The notes under the pieces were generated by a model. The model was given only the letters and a program-made list of their open reading frames with translations. It was not told the origin of the DNA and made no database searches. Positions 39,330 to 58,405 of a stretch of DNA of 64,000 bases are shown piece by piece. This DNA is from the human T2T-CHM13v2.0 reference genome, Homo sapiens: assembly GCF_009914755.1 (NCBI RefSeq), contig NC_060935.1; one strand, given 5' to 3'. The translations under genes and the position numbers were made by a program. The stretch's first letter is position 1; each line of letters opens with the position of its first letter.

Positions 39330-39712
39330 TGTATTAATTAGCTGGGGCTACCATAACAAAAATTTGTGTTTTTGCGTAGCTTAAACAAAAGAAATTTACT
39401 TTCTCACAGTTGTGGATGCTGGGAAGTTCAAGATCAAAGGACTAGCTAATTCTCTTCCTGGTCTGCAGTCAGCCACTTTCTGCTGTCTTTCCATAGAGGT
39501 AAGAGAGAAAGAGAGAGAGAGAGCAAAAGCATGCACAAGCAAGTTCTCTCGAGTATCTTCCCATTAGGGAACGTATCCCATTATGAAGGCCCCACCCTCA
39601 TGACATCATCTAAAGCTAATGACTTCTGAAAAGCCCCATCTCCATACAGAATCTCACTGGAGGTTAGGGATCAACATACAAATTTGCAGCGGACACAGTT
39701 TTGTCCATAGCA
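39330..39712. mobile_element. MaLR solo LTR (MLT1A-like)
   Basis: TGTATTA...CCATAACAAA...GAAATTTA..TTCTCACAGTT...CAAGATCAA...CCCACCCTCATGAC...GTCCATAGCA; absent at the paralogous SLC22A9 site. Confidence 0.8.
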
Positions 39713-40077
39713 GAGCACCTGTATTCTGCACACTAAACAGAGTCTTTCTTCACTCTACTAAATACACGTGTTAGTACAAGGGACATTTATGATGAGTAAA
39801 ACTGAGTCTCTTTATGCTAAGTGCATGTGTTAGTACAAGGGACATTTATGATGTGTAAAATTTTCCAACATTGTAGCCTGTCTTACATGGTTTCAATTAA
39901 TATCAAAGATCAATTTGTAACAGATTAAAGAAGAATCTTTGATGCACTCAATATCTAGTTAAAAACAGGGAACATGACCTCTGAGTAGAATTGCTATTGA
40001 TTATCTGTTGATGCTTTAAGGTTTTAAATGCAAAGTTTCACTTGTTAAAGCATCCCTTAAATTTCAAAGTGTGCTTT

Positions 40078-41205
40078 TCTACCCTTGACTTTTATTTTAG
40101 ATATGGGGGGGGTAATGTGCAGGTTTGTTACGTGGGTATATTGGACTCAGGTAGTGAGCATATACCCAAGAGATGCTTTTATGACCCATGCCCCACTCCC
40201 TTGACCCTATAGTAGTTTGCCATGGCTATTGTTCCCATGTTTAAGTCTATGGGTGCTCAAGTTTAGCTCCCAGTTATAAGTGAGAACATGAGGTATTTAG
40301 TTTTCTGTTTCTGCATTAATTCACTTAGGATTTTGGACTCCAGTTCCATCTATATTCCTGCAAAGGACATGATTTCAATATTTTTTAAGGCTTACATAGT
40401 ATTCCATGGTGTACAGCACCACATTTTCTTTATCCCATCCAACATTGATGGGAACCTACATTGATTCTATGTCTTTGTTATTGTGAATACTGTGGCAATG
40501 AACATATGAGTGCATGTATTGTCTTATATAATGATCTATTTTCCTTTGGATATATATCCAGTAATGGAATTGCTGGGTCAAATGCTAACTCTGTTTTAAG
40601 TTCTCAATTAATCTCCAATCTGCTTTCCACAGTGGCTGAACTAATTTACATTAGTACATTTTACCCTATTATATTTTTCTCTGAAGCCTTGTCAGCATCT
40701 GTTACAATTCACCTTGTAAACAGAATTAAAAACAAAAACCATATGATCATCTCAATAGATGCAGACAAAGCCTTCAATAAAATCCAACATCACTTCATAA
40801 TATAAAAAACCCTCAACAAACTAGACATTAAATGAACATACCTCCAAATTAATAAGAGCCACGTATGACAAACCCACAGCCAACATCATAGGCAAAAGCC
40901 AAAAGAATTTCCCTTGAAAACCAGAGCAAGACAAGGATGCCCATTCTCACCACTCCCATTCAACTTAGCACTGGAAGTCCTGCCAGATCCATCAGGCAAG
41001 AGAAAGAAATAAAAGACATCCAAATAGGAAAAGAACAAGTCAAACTATCTCTTCACTGACAATATGATTCTATGCCTAGAAAACCCTGAAGACTCTGCCA
41101 AGTGGCTACTAGAACTGACAAACGATTTTAGTGAGGCTTCAGAATACCAAATCACTGTACAAAAATTAGTAGCATTTATATACACCAATAATGGCCAGGC
41201 TGAGA
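40078..41205 (-). mobile_element. Older 5'-inverted L1: 3' end on minus (~40090-40705), ORF2 piece on plus (~40706-41205)
   Basis: Target-site duplication TTCAAAGT(G/A)TGCTTT at 40063-40077 and 41206-41220; single-copy empty site in SLC22A9 at ~60833-60847. Confidence 0.85.
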
Positions 41206-41282
41206 TTCAAAGTATGCTTTCTCCTTTCTGAGTTTCACAAGTGGTTGTTGTTGCCATTATCTAACCTGTCTCTGTTTCTCAG

Positions 41283-41436
41283 GTTTGGGAGGAGGTTAAT
41301 GTTCAGATGGTGTTAGCTCCAGCTCACCATTTCTGACACCTGTGCAGCCTTTTCTCCCACTTTCCTCATTTACTGCTCCTTACGTTTCTTGGCTGGGATT
41401 TCTACCATGACCATCCCAGCAAATAATGTGTGCTGA
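41283..41436 (+). pseudogene. SLC22-like pseudogene exon 3
   Basis: Acceptor TCTGTTTCTCAG identical to SLC22A9; [39 protein letters not shown]; TAG at 41314-41316; 154 nt versus 155; donor GTAAGT. Confidence 0.95.
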
Positions 41437-41536
41437 GTAAGTCAATGCTTTGGATCTTGACTTTTCCAATCCCTGACTTTGGCATTGAAATTCCACCTTC
41501 ATTTGAAGTCAAAATCCTGTTTGCATTTTTTGTCAG

Positions 41537-41950
<414 letters not shown>

Positions 41951-42296
41951 GACGTGCAGGTTTGTAATATAGGCAAACCCCTGTCATGAAGGTTTGTCGT
42001 ACAGATTATTTCATCACCCAGGTATTAAACCTAGTACATTATTTTTCCTGATTCTCTCCTTCCTCCAATCCTTTACCCTTCCAGCCCGAGTCTGTTGCTC
42101 CTCTCTATGTGTTCATGTGTTCTCATCATTTAGCTCCCACTTGTAAGTGAGAACATGTGGTATTTGGTTTTCTATTCTTGCAGTAGTTTGCGAAGGGCAA
42201 TGGCCTCCAATTCCGTTCATGATCCTTCAAAGGACGTGATCTCCTTCTTTTTTATGGCTGCATAATATTCCATAATGTATATGTATCGCATTTTCT

Positions 42297-42382
42297 TTTT
42301 TAAAAAAATGTGTTTCATTTTAAGTTCTGGGATACATGTGTAGGACGTGCAGGTTTGTTACACAGGTAAACGTGTGCCATGG
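42297..42382 (-). mobile_element. Short L1 3'-end stub nested in the old L1
   Basis: TTTTAAGTTCTGGGATACATGTG...GTGCCATGG flanked by ATATGTATC(G/A)CAT direct repeats. Confidence 0.75.
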
Positions 42383-44300
42383 ATATGTATCACATCTTCT
42401 GTATCCATTGATGGTTGATGGGCATTTAGGTTGATTTCATGTCTTTGCTATTGTGAATAGTGCTACAGTGAACATCAACATTCACGTGTCTTTATGATAG
42501 AATGATTTACATTCCTTTGGATATATTTGGATACCCAATAATGGGATTGCTGGGTTGAATGATAATCCTGTTTTAAGTTCTTTAAGAGATTGCCACGCTG
42601 TGTTCCACAATGGCTAAAGTAATTTACATTCCCACAAGCAGTGAATAAGCATTCCCTTTTCTTAACAATCTTACTAGTATCTGTTATTTTTTTACTTTTA
42701 AATATTAATAACAGCCATTCTGACAGGTGTAAGATGGTATCTTATTGTGGTTTTGATTTGCTTTTATCTAGTGATTAGTGAGGTTGAGCATTTTTTCATG
42801 TGCTTGTTGGCCACATGTATGTCTTCTTTTGAAAAGTTCCTATTTATGTCCTTTGCCCAATTTTTAATGGGGTTGTTTTTTGCTTGTTAATTTTTTAAGT
42901 TCCTTAAAGATTCTGGATGTTAGACCTTTACTGGATGCACAGTTTGCAAATATTTCTCCCATTCTGTAGGTTGTATGTATATTCTGGTGATAGTTTCTTT
43001 TGCAGTGCAGAAGCTCTTTAGTTTAATTAGGTTCCATTAGTCAATTTTTGTTTTTATTACAATTGCTTTTGGGGACTTAGCCATAAATTCTTTGCCAAAA
43101 CCTTTGTCAATAAAGGTATTTCTTAGGTTTTCTTCTAGAATTTTTATAGTTTGAGGTCTTACATTTAATTCTTTAATCTATCTTGAGTTGGTTTTTTCAT
43201 ACAGTGAAAAGTTGTGGTCCAGTTTCATTCTTCTGCACATAGCTAGCTAGTAATCTTAGCTACATTTATTGAATAGGGAGTGCTGTCTCCATTGCTTATT
43301 TTTGTTGATTTTGTCAAAGATCACATAATTGTAGGTGTTTGAGTTTATTTCTGGGTTGTTTATTTTGTTTCACTGATTTATGTGTCTGTTTTTATACCGG
43401 TATTATGCTGTTTTGATTATTGTAACCTTATAGTGTAGTTTGAAGTCAGGCAATGTGATGCCTCCAGCTTTGCTCTTTTTGCATAGGGTTGCTTTGGTTA
43501 TTCAAGTTCTTTTTGTTCTAAATGAATTTCAGAATAGATTTTTCTAATTTTGTGAAAAATGATGTTGGTATTTTTGATAGTGATGGTATTGAATCTGTAA
43601 ACCGTTAAGGGCAGTATGGCCATTTTAACTACATTGATTCTTCCAATCTGTGAACAGAGAGTATATTCCACTTATTTACATCATCTCTGATTTTTTTCAG
43701 CAGTGTTTTGTAACTCTCCTTGTAAAGATTGTTCACCTCCTTGGCTAAGTAAATCCTAGATATTTCATTTTCTTGTGGCTATTGTAAATGAGACTGTGTT
43801 CTTGATTTGATTGTCAGTCAGAATGTTATTAGTGTATACAAAGGCTACTCATTTTTATACCTTTATTTTGTATCCTGAAACTTTACTGAATTCATTTATC
43901 AGCTCCAGGAGCTTTTTGTTAAAATATTTAGGGATTTCTAGGTATAGAATCACATCACTGGAAAAGAGAGCTAGTTTGACTTATTTTCCTACTTAGGTGT
44001 CTTTATTTCTTTCTCTTGTCTGATGGCTCTGGCTAGGACATTCAGTACTAAGTTGAGTAGATGTGCTGGGTGTGGGCATCCTTGTCTTGCTCCAGTTGTT
44101 AAGGGGAATGGTTTGAGTTTTGCCCACTTAGAGTAAGTTTGGCTGTGTGTTTATCATAGATGGCTCTTATTATTTTGAAGTATGTTGCTTCAATCCGTAG
44201 TATGTTGGTTTTAATCATAGAAGGATTGGATTTTATGAAAGGATTTTTCTGTGTCTATTGAGATGATCATACGGGTTTTTAATTCCTTTTGTGTGAATTA

Positions 44301-44393
<93 letters not shown>

Positions 44394-47300
44394 TCAGTTT
44401 GCTAGTATTTTATTGAAGATTTTTGCATCAAGGTTCATCAAGGATACAGGCTTGATGTTTTCTTTTACCATTGTTCTCTGCTGGATTTTAGTATCAGGAT
44501 GCTGCTGCCTCCATAGAATGAGTTAGACAGAAGCCTCTTCTTAATTTTTTTGAAAAGTTTCAGTAGGATTGGTAGCAATTCTTCTTTGTACATCTGGTAG
44601 AATTTGGCTGAGAATCCATGAGGTCCCGGACACTTTTTTTTGGTAGGATTTTTTATTACTGATTTAATTTCCAAACTTATTGCTGGTTTGTTAAGGTTTT
44701 CCCTCTCTTCATGATTCAGTCTTGAGAGGTTGTGTGTTTCTAGTAATTTATCCATTTCCTCTAGATTTTCTAATATGTGTGTACAGAGGTATTCATAATA
44801 GTCTCTGATGATCTTTTGTATTTCTGAGGGATCAGTAATCTTTCCATTTCTAATTACGCTTATTTGGATCTTCTCTCTTTCTTTTCTTTGTTAACCTGCT
44901 AATGCCCTATGAATCTTGTTTATTCTTTTGAAGAACCAACTCTTGGTTTCATTAGTCTTTTGTATGGACTTTTGGGGCTCAATTTCTTTCAGTTCTTCTC
45001 TAATTTTAGTTATTTCTTTTTTTCTACTAGCTTTAGTATGGGAGTATTCTTTTTCTCTAGTTCCTCTGATTGCCATGTTAGGTCATTAATTTGAGATCTT
45101 TTTAATCTCTTAATGAAGGTGTTTAGTGCTATAAATCTTAACACTGCTTTAGCTGCATCCCAAAGGTTTTGGAAAATTGTGTCTCTATTTTCATTAATTT
45201 CAAAGCATTTTTTAAATTTCTGTCTTAGCTTTGTTGTTTACCCAAGATTTATTCAGAAGCAAGTTGTTTAATTTCCATTTTTTTAATAGTTTTGAGATAT
45301 CTTTTTGGTATTGATTTATATTTTTAGTGCACTATCGTCCAAGAGTGTGTTTTGTATGATTTCAACTTTTTAAAATTTATGGAGACTTGCTTTATGGTTG
45401 AGCATGTGGGCAATCTTAAAATATGTTCTGTGTGCTTATAAGAAGAATGTATATTCTGTGATTATTGGGTGGAGTTCTTTGCAGATGACTATTAGGTGCA
45501 ATTTGGTCAAGTGTCAAGTTTTAGTCCAGAATTTCTTTGTTAGTTTTCTGCCTTGATGACTTGTCTAACACTGTCGGTGGGGTGTTGAAGTCCCCTACTA
45601 TTATTGTGTGGCTGCCTAAATATTTTTGTAGGGCAAGAAAAACCTGTCTCATGAATCTTGATGCTCCTTTTTTGGATTTTTATAAATTTAGGATACTTAA
45701 GTCTTCTTTTTGCATTGAACTCTTTATCATTATGTACTGCCTGCCCTCCTTTGTCCTTTCTAATTACTGTTGGTTTAAAATCTGCTTTATCTGATATAAG
45801 AATAGAGATTCTTAATCTTTTTTGTTTTCCATTTGCCTGGATCTTTCTCCATTCCTTTACTTTGAGCCTGTGGTTATCATTACACATGAGATGCATCTCT
45901 TGAGGACAAATGACAGTTGTGTCTTGTCTTTTTATCCCACTTGCCACTCTATGCCTTTTAGGTGGGGCATTTAAACCATTCATATTTAAGGCTAGTATTG
46001 ATATATGGGATTGTGATCCTGTTATCACATTGCTGGCTGTTTGCTTTGTAGACTTGATTGTGTGATTGTTTTATGTAGTCTGTACACTATGTTCTTGAGT
46101 GTATTTTTGAGGTAGTAAGTTTCAATCTTTTGTTTCCATGGTTAGCACCACCTTAAGGACATCTTGTAAGGGTGGTCTACTGGTAATGAATTCCCTTTAT
46201 GCTTGCTTGTCTGAGAGGGATTTTGTTTCTCCTTTGCTTATGAAGCTTGGCTTGGTAGAATATGATATTCTTGGTTAGAATTTCTTTTCTTTAAAAATGC
46301 TGAAAATAATCCCTCAATCTCTTCTGGCTTGTAAGTTTTTTTCTGAGAGGTCTGCTGCTAGCCTGATGGGTTTCTCTTTGTAGGTGACCTGACCTTTCTG
46401 TCTAGCTGCCTAAATTTAAGATTTTTTTCTTTTGCATTGACAGTGAATCTGATGACTATGTTTCTTGGAGATGGTCATCTTATGTCATATCTCCAAAGAG
46501 TTCTCTGTATTTCCTGAAACTGTATGTCCTCTTCTCTAGCAAGAGTGAGGAAATTTATGGACTATATCATCACTATGTTTTCCAAGTTGCTTACTCTCTA
46601 TCCTCTTTCAGGAATGCCAATGAGTTGTAGATTCATTGTCTTTACATAATCTCATATTTCTTAGAGATTTTATTCCTTTTTAAAAAATCTTTTTCTTCAT
46701 TTTTTTGGTCTCACTGAGATGATTCGATGAACCAATCTTCTAACTCTGAGATTCTTTCTTCAACTTAATGTATTCTGCTGTTGCTCCCTCTGTTTTTATT
46801 GTAAAATTATTGAAGTGAATTCTTCAATTACAGAAGTTCAGTTTGGTTCTTTCTTAAAATGGCTATTTCATCTTTCAGCTCCTGGATTATTTTACTATAC
46901 TCCCTCGATTCCTTGGTTTAGGTTTCAACTTTCTGCTCAATCCCAGTGAACTTCCTTGCCATCCAGATTTTGAATTATATGTCTGTCATTTCAGTCATCT
47001 CAATCTGGCTAAGAACCATCCCTGGGAGCCTTGTGTGTTTCTTTGGAGGTAAGGGAGCACACTGGCTTTTTGAGTTGCCAGAGTTCTTACATTGATTCTG
47101 TCTCATGTCTGAGGGTTGGTGTGCCTTTAATTGTGATGTAAGTTGAGTATAGTCAGTTGGCTTCATTTCTAGGTGTTGTCAGAAGGCCAGGACTCTGTGC
47201 AGAATCTTTATTTGTGACTGGATCTTTGCATTAGTTTTGCAGGTGCTATATACTGGCACAATATTTTGGTGTTGTATTTTGGACTGCAATCCAGTTGGTG

Positions 47301-47546
47301 GCACTTAAGAGTGTTGACTAGCAGATAAGCTCTTAGTCAGACAGCTTTTTTGTATTTTGGTGCAGTTGGCAGTAGTGCTCTGTGGTGTGGGGGACAGGGA
47401 TGACGCCCTCACCTGATCTACTCCTGGGTCTTGGAGGAGCCCTCTACATTCACTGGCTGCATGTCTGCATTTCCTTTGTTAGACTTCCTGGTCCACAGGG
47501 CTCCCTCAGGCAGAGGCCATGGTTGGCAGAGAGACCATACCCTTCT

Positions 47547-48083
47547 GGGTTTTTTAAATTATTATTATACTTTAGGTTCTAGGGTACATGTGCACAACGT
47601 GCAGATTTGTTACATATGTATGCATGTGCCATGTTGGTTTGCTGCACCCATCAAGTCGTCATTTACATTAGGTATTTCTCCTGATGCTATCCCTCCCCCA
47701 TCCCTCCACTGCATGACAGGCCCTAGTGTGTGACGTTCCCCGCCCTGTGTCCAAGTGTTTTCATTGTTCAATTCCCACCTATGAGTGAGAACATGCAGTG
47801 TTTGGTTTTCTGTCCTTGTGATAGTTTGCTCAGAATGGTGGTTTCCAGCTTTATCCATGTCCCTACAAAGTACATGAATTCATCCCTTTTTTATGGCTGC
47901 ATAGTATTCCATGGTGCATATGTGCCACATTTTCTTAATCCAGTCTATCACTGATGGACATTTGGGTGGGTTCCAAGTCTTTGCTATTGTGAATAGTGCC
48001 ACAATAAACATACGTGTGCAAATGTCTTTATAGTAGCATGATTTATAATCCTTTGGGTATATATCCAGTAATGGGATCGCTGG
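47547..48083 (-). mobile_element. 5'-truncated L1 (L1PA6/7-like) nested in the old L1 5'UTR
   Basis: 18 bp target-site duplication GAGAGACCATACC(C/T)TTCT at 47529-47546 and 48084-48101. Confidence 0.92.
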
Positions 48084-48289
48084 GAGAGACCATACCTTTC
48101 TCAGTCCAGCCCTATGGAGGGAGTCACACCCTTCTCCTCCCAAGTGGCTCACCTCTCTCAGTGTTCTGAGAGTGAGGGCTCCTCACTGCTTGGGTCCTGC
48201 CTAAGCTGATATGTCCTGCTTGGCTAGAGCAGTGGGAGTGGGTGTAGTTGCCCAATCCACTGTCCAGGTGCTTCCCATAGGAACACAGA

Positions 48290-48760
48290 GCTGCACCTAC
48301 TGGCAGAGTTCAGGCAGAGGTGGGTCCTCTGTGTTGGAATCCCCAACTGGTGCATCCTGCCCAGGTAGGAGGAGGGGGGGGTTGGCATGGTGGCCCAATC
48401 CATTGTCTGGGTGCTTCCCTAGGGAATTCAGGGCTGCACTTGCCAGCAGAGTTCAGGCAGAAGAAGGTCTGCTGTGCTAGAAGCCCCAGCAAGCATGGCC
48501 TGTCTGGCTGTGAGCAAGCAGTGAAGTCACCTACCCTGCATCCAGATATTTCCTGGGGGAAAACAGGGCTGCAACCGCCCACAGAGTTCAGGAGAAGCAG
48601 GTCTGCTGTGCTGGAAGTCTGTCTAGTTACAAGCAAGCAGAAGGAGTGGGTGGAGTAGCCCACTCTGCCAGCCAGATGTTTCCCAGGGGAACATGGGGCT
48701 GCTCCTGCCTGCAGAGTTCAGGCAGAAGTGAAGCCACTGTGCTGGAAGATGTCATTGAGC
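48290..48760. repeat. Four diverged ~130-145 bp tandem units in the old L1 5'UTR
   Basis: CAGAGTTCAGG...TGTG(C/T)T(G/A)GAA recurs near 48303, 48447, 48581 and 48711. Confidence 0.8.
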
Positions 48761-49650
48761 CTTGTATGGAAAGGGGATGATGGGGCGGTCTTACTGCTCC
48801 TGGGCACTGCATCTGTGGTGCCTACTGGGGCTATGGCAGTACTCTACTGTTTCAGGGTCCAAGGCTTTATAGAGGTCGCTATAAACTTGAGTTTGCCTCT
48901 GCAAAACCTGTGAACTTGAGTGTTGCCTCTGCAAAACCTCTGGATGTTTCTCTCTAACAGTCTAGAGGCCTTAGGGGGTAGGAGGATTTTCCCATTTCAA
49001 AGCTTTCAAAGGTCCCTGTGGAAGGTGTGAATCTTCCAGGGGTTCTCACTCACCCTTTCCCCATGGTGGGAAACTTGTCCTGGCTCCACACCAATCCAAG
49101 ATGGGCTGCTGCCCATTTTCTCTCTTCTCTATTCTCTGTGTCCCCTTGCTACCATGATGGATCCTGTTGTGGATTCCTAGTTTATAGACTTGCAGGGTCA
49201 GTATTCACTACGCTCTTGGTCTCCTCTCCATGAAAGCAGCACACACTAGCCACTTTTAGTCTGCCTCTTTTGATCCCCTCCCTCAACAAATAATTTTTAT
49301 ATACATATGTTCAAAATATTCCATGGGATATAGTTTACTAAAGAATTATTTACTATTTGTTTGAATTCAAATTTAACTAGACACACTCTATTGTTATTTG
49401 CTAAAACCAGTAACCTCCCCTGAGCCAATATGACTCCTAGTCTGCATTCCCTGCAGTGAAGGTATACTGCATGGAAAGTCATCTTCATATTGACCCAGTA
49501 ATGGCACAAGAGGATGTAAATTTATATTTCCAGGTATAACTGAACAAGTGCTGGGCATTAGATGAGAGAGGAAAGGCATCGCAGTATAAAGGTTATGTGA
49601 AAAATGAGTAAGTGAGAGTTGACTGGACCTTCGTCCTCTTCTTTAATCAG

Positions 49651-49774
49651 GTGACTGGAAGCACCTGCTCAATGGCTGCTCATCAACAACAAACCAGAGG
49701 AGGGCTTAAAAGAACTCAGAAAAGCTGCATGCTGGAATAGAATGAAGAATGCTGGAGACACCCTAACCATGGAG
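49651..49774 (+). pseudogene. SLC22-like pseudogene exon 5
   Basis: 124 nt, same length as SLC22A9 exon 5; [40 protein letters not shown]; TGG changed to TGA at the first full codon; CAG acceptor and GTGAGC donor intact; intron-5 homology continues to ~51470. Confidence 0.95.
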
Positions 49775-50345
49775 GTGAGCAGGATGGGAGCTGGATATAG
49801 GATGTGAGGAAGACATAACTTGCATTCATACTATCTAGTGTCCAAGGTGCATAAAGCATGGGAACACAGGTCTGATATGGCTCTTCTTATCTCACCTCAT
49901 TGTCCTGGTTCTCAAGGGGTGTTGCAATTGTTTGGCTTAGTGTTGAAAGAGAATATGTTGTTACTGAAAGAAATGGACACAGATACTTTACTTAGTAGAG
50001 ACAGAGGGCACTTAGTATTCCTTCTGGCTTAATATTCTTTGGGCTTTTTTCCAGGGCATAAGCCAGCAGAAGGAAGGGTTAGTGACCATGCAGAATAGAA
50101 CACCAAGAGATTCACTTATTTGTTTATTCACTCACACACTCATTCATTCATGTATATTTTCTGAGTGCCCATGTGTGTCAGGTTCTGGTCTATCCCTGGA
50201 AATACCACAACAATCATAAAGGTCAAAATCCCTGTTGTATGGAGTGTAAATTCTATTATTACAAGATTTAAGGGCATGACTAAGTGGAAATACCTCAGAG
50301 AAAGATTTCTCTTTTTTTTACATACAGATAGAAAACACAGATATT

Positions 50346-51380
<1,035 letters not shown>

Positions 51381-51559
51381 AGAAAACACAGATATTGCTG
51401 TGGATCATAAAGTAAACCATTTATCATATTATGCACATATTAAACTGTGTTGAAAAATTATAGTAGGCTAGGCATGAAGCTTGATCATGAATAACAGTAT
51501 AAATCAGGGTCCCAGGTTTTAAGGAGCTTTTATCTTAATAAGAGAAAGTAAAAGTAATA

Positions 51560-55710
<4,151 letters not shown>

Positions 55711-56100
55711 AGAAAATGTGGCACATATATACCATGGAATACTATGCAGCCATAAAAAATGATGAGTTCACATCCTTTGTAGGGACATGGATGAAGCTGG
55801 AAACCATCATTCTCAGCAACCTATCGCAAGGACAAAAAACCAAACACCACATGTTCTCACTCATAGGTGGGAATTGAACAATGAGAACACATGGACACAG
55901 GAAGGGGAACATCACACACCAGGGACTGTTGTTGGGTGGGGGTAGGGGGGAGGGATAGCATTAGGAGATATACCTAATGCTAAATGATGAGTTAATGGGT
56001 GCAGCACACCAATATGGCACATGTATACATATGTAACAAACCTGCACGTTGTGTACATGTACCCTAAAACTTGAAGTATAATTTAAAAAAAAGAAAAAGA
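55711..56100 (+). mobile_element. Second L1 3' end (~390 bp) in tandem after L1-D
   Basis: Repeats 55329-55710 with multiple substitutions and has its own A-tail. Confidence 0.92.
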
Positions 56101-56400
56101 AACATTATGTTAAATGAATTAAGCCAGATATACAAAGTCAAGTATTTTATGATTCAATGTATAAATCAAATGTCCACAATAGGCAAATCCTTAGAATCAG
56201 AAAGTAAATTAGCGGTTGCTAAGTGGGATGTGTGAATAAAAATGGAGAGTTACTGCTAATGGGTATGGTTTCCTATGTGGTGATTAAAATGCTCTGTAAT
56301 GATATAGTAGTGATGATTGCACAACTCTTTGAATGATCAAAACACATTCAATTGTATACTTTAAAAGGGTAAATTGTATGGTAAATGAATTATACTTCAA
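56101..56400 (+). mobile_element. Old L1MB/MC-type 3' end
   Basis: AACATTATGTTAAATGAA..AAGCCAGA...ATAGGCAAATCC...AGAAAGTA...GTATACTTTAAAAGGG. Confidence 0.7.
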
Positions 56401-56980
56401 GGAGGTTTAAATTTTAATAGAAATTTTAGTCCTAATCAAGGTGACATTTTCTCCCATATTTTGCCTCCAATTCTTCCACAGCACATAGTGCATCTCACAT
56501 AATATTTATAATGTTGGAGTGCAATTGTTTATGTACTCTCTCTTACTTACTCAACTATAAGATCCTTGAACTTGTCACACACGTTACTTTAGGAACTAGC
56601 ATGGAAAAGGTCTTCACAAATACTATCTGAAAAATCAATAAGCCAGTAAAAGTAAACCTCCATATGAGCTTACTCCTCTGCTTTTCATCACCATCTATTC
56701 TGTCCACATTTCAAGCAATGTATTTCCAGCATGAATTTGTGGTGTGATTTGACATGAAGGAGAACATCAGTCACCAAAATGAAAGGATTGTACCACAGTA
56801 CCCTTATTTTAGTTTAACTTCGACTTTTTTAGATTAACTCTTAATCAAAAATTGGTACTTAACAAGGAAAAACTTGCCTTCTGTTGTTTTCAGAGAAGTA
56901 AAAAAAGCACCTCACCTTTGAGTCGCCAAAATTATGCTTCCTGGAATGACCGCATACCATGTAGCAGGTTTATTTTAGTT

Positions 56981-57023
56981 TGTTTACAGAAAAGTGTAGA
57001 CCAAAGTCCAGTGCTGACTTTGG
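56981..57023. promoter_or_regulatory. Candidate liver promoter module: FOXA motif plus HNF4A DR1-type sites
   Basis: TGTTTAC at 56981-56987; AGACCA-A-AGTCCA at 56998-57010 containing the HNF4A core CAAAGTCCA; inverted core GACTTTGG at 57016-57023; ~320 bp upstream of the ATG. Confidence 0.6.
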
Positions 57024-57327
57024 GAGCTACTAAAGACATGAAAAAGTAGAATTTTAAACACATTTCATTGTAAACGACTGGGAGTATCTGAGCAAATTAT
57101 TTCTTACGTGACTTTAGAGAAAACGGCTACCTATCTGACCCCAAAACGACTTGAGGAAACTGTTTCCACGGTCCTGCTGCAGGGGGGAAGCACAGTCGTC
57201 AAGAAGAGAGTGGGGTCAGGATCAAAACACATTTAGTGTGACTTAGGGAAAGAAAACATTTTCCCTCTTTGAACCTCTCTGGATACAGTCATTTTGCCTC
57301 TACTTGAGGATCAACTGTTCAACCTCA

Positions 57328-57729
57328 ATGGCCTTTCAGGACCTCCTGGGTCACGCTGGTGACCTGTGGAGATTCCAGATCCTTCAGACTGTTTTTCTCT
57401 CAATCTTTGCTGTTGCTACATACCTTCATTTTATGCTGGAGAACTTCACTGCATTCATACCTGGCCATCGCTGCTGGGTCCACATCCTGGACAATGACAC
57501 TGTCTCTGACAATGACACTGGGGCCCTCAGCCAAGATGCACTCTTGAGAATCTCCATCCCACTGGACTCAAACATGAGGCCAGAGAAGTGTCGTCGCTTT
57601 GTTCATCCTCAGTGGCAGCTCCTTCACCTGAATGGGACCTTCCCCAACACAAGTGACGCAGACATGGAGCCCTGTGTGGATGGCTGGGTGTATGACAGAA
57701 TCTCCTTCTCATCCACCATCGTGACTGAG
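57328..57729 (+). CDS. SLC22A9: Organic anion transporter 7, coding exon 1
   Basis: [20 protein letters not shown]...[20 protein letters not shown], 402 nt, donor GAG|GTAAGA; N-terminus recognised as OAT7. Confidence 0.95.
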
Positions 57730-58405
57730 GTAAGAGGCTCTGTTCTCGTCTCATGAGTATGTGACCTGGGTGTTTAGAATAACACAAGTAATAATCATGC
57801 TTCCAGCCTTCAGTCACATGTAGGTCCTTAGTCTTCATTCTTTCAGCAAATACTAATTGCTTCTTTATTAAATGTCTGACACCTACACATTTTGAGTAAT
57901 GAATTCCAAAGTAGAAGGCATCCTGCTATTATAATGCTTTAAGTCACAGGGAGACCAAAGTTTAAACAAGCATTTATATATAATATGTTAAAATGTTCTG
58001 CTAGGTCAGTGATGCTCAGCCTGTCATTGCAAATTAGAAATATCTGGGAAATTGAGAAAAGCCTCCATGCCCAGAGTATACCCTAAAACAATCATATGAG
58101 AAGGTCTAAGAGGGAAATTTAGGTTTCTAAAAGTTTTTAAAGGTCTTCAAGTGATTGCACCATGTGGTCATGTTTGAGAACCATTTAGTATGAAATAAAA
58201 ACCTATAGGTTTAGGAAAGTCTTCCAAGAGAAAGTTATGTTTAAGTTGAGACCTGAATAACAAAGGTCAGGTAATGCTGAAAAAGGAAGCCACAGAGGAA
58301 GTTAGAGACTTAATATTAGGAAACTTGCAGATCATGCTAAGAAGTTTTGATCAAGTTACACTGAGGGGTAATAAGCATTGATGTGCTGGCTTCCTTCTCT
58401 TCCAG

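Noticed and set aside
48290-48760. Regularly spaced repeats as a CRISPR-like array
   Set aside because: Mammalian DNA; units are diverged whole-unit tandem repeats within an old L1 5'UTR
57304-57327. N-terminal extension of the SLC22A9 ORF
   Set aside because: Starts at TTG; the family-typical start is ATG at 57328 (MAFQDLL)
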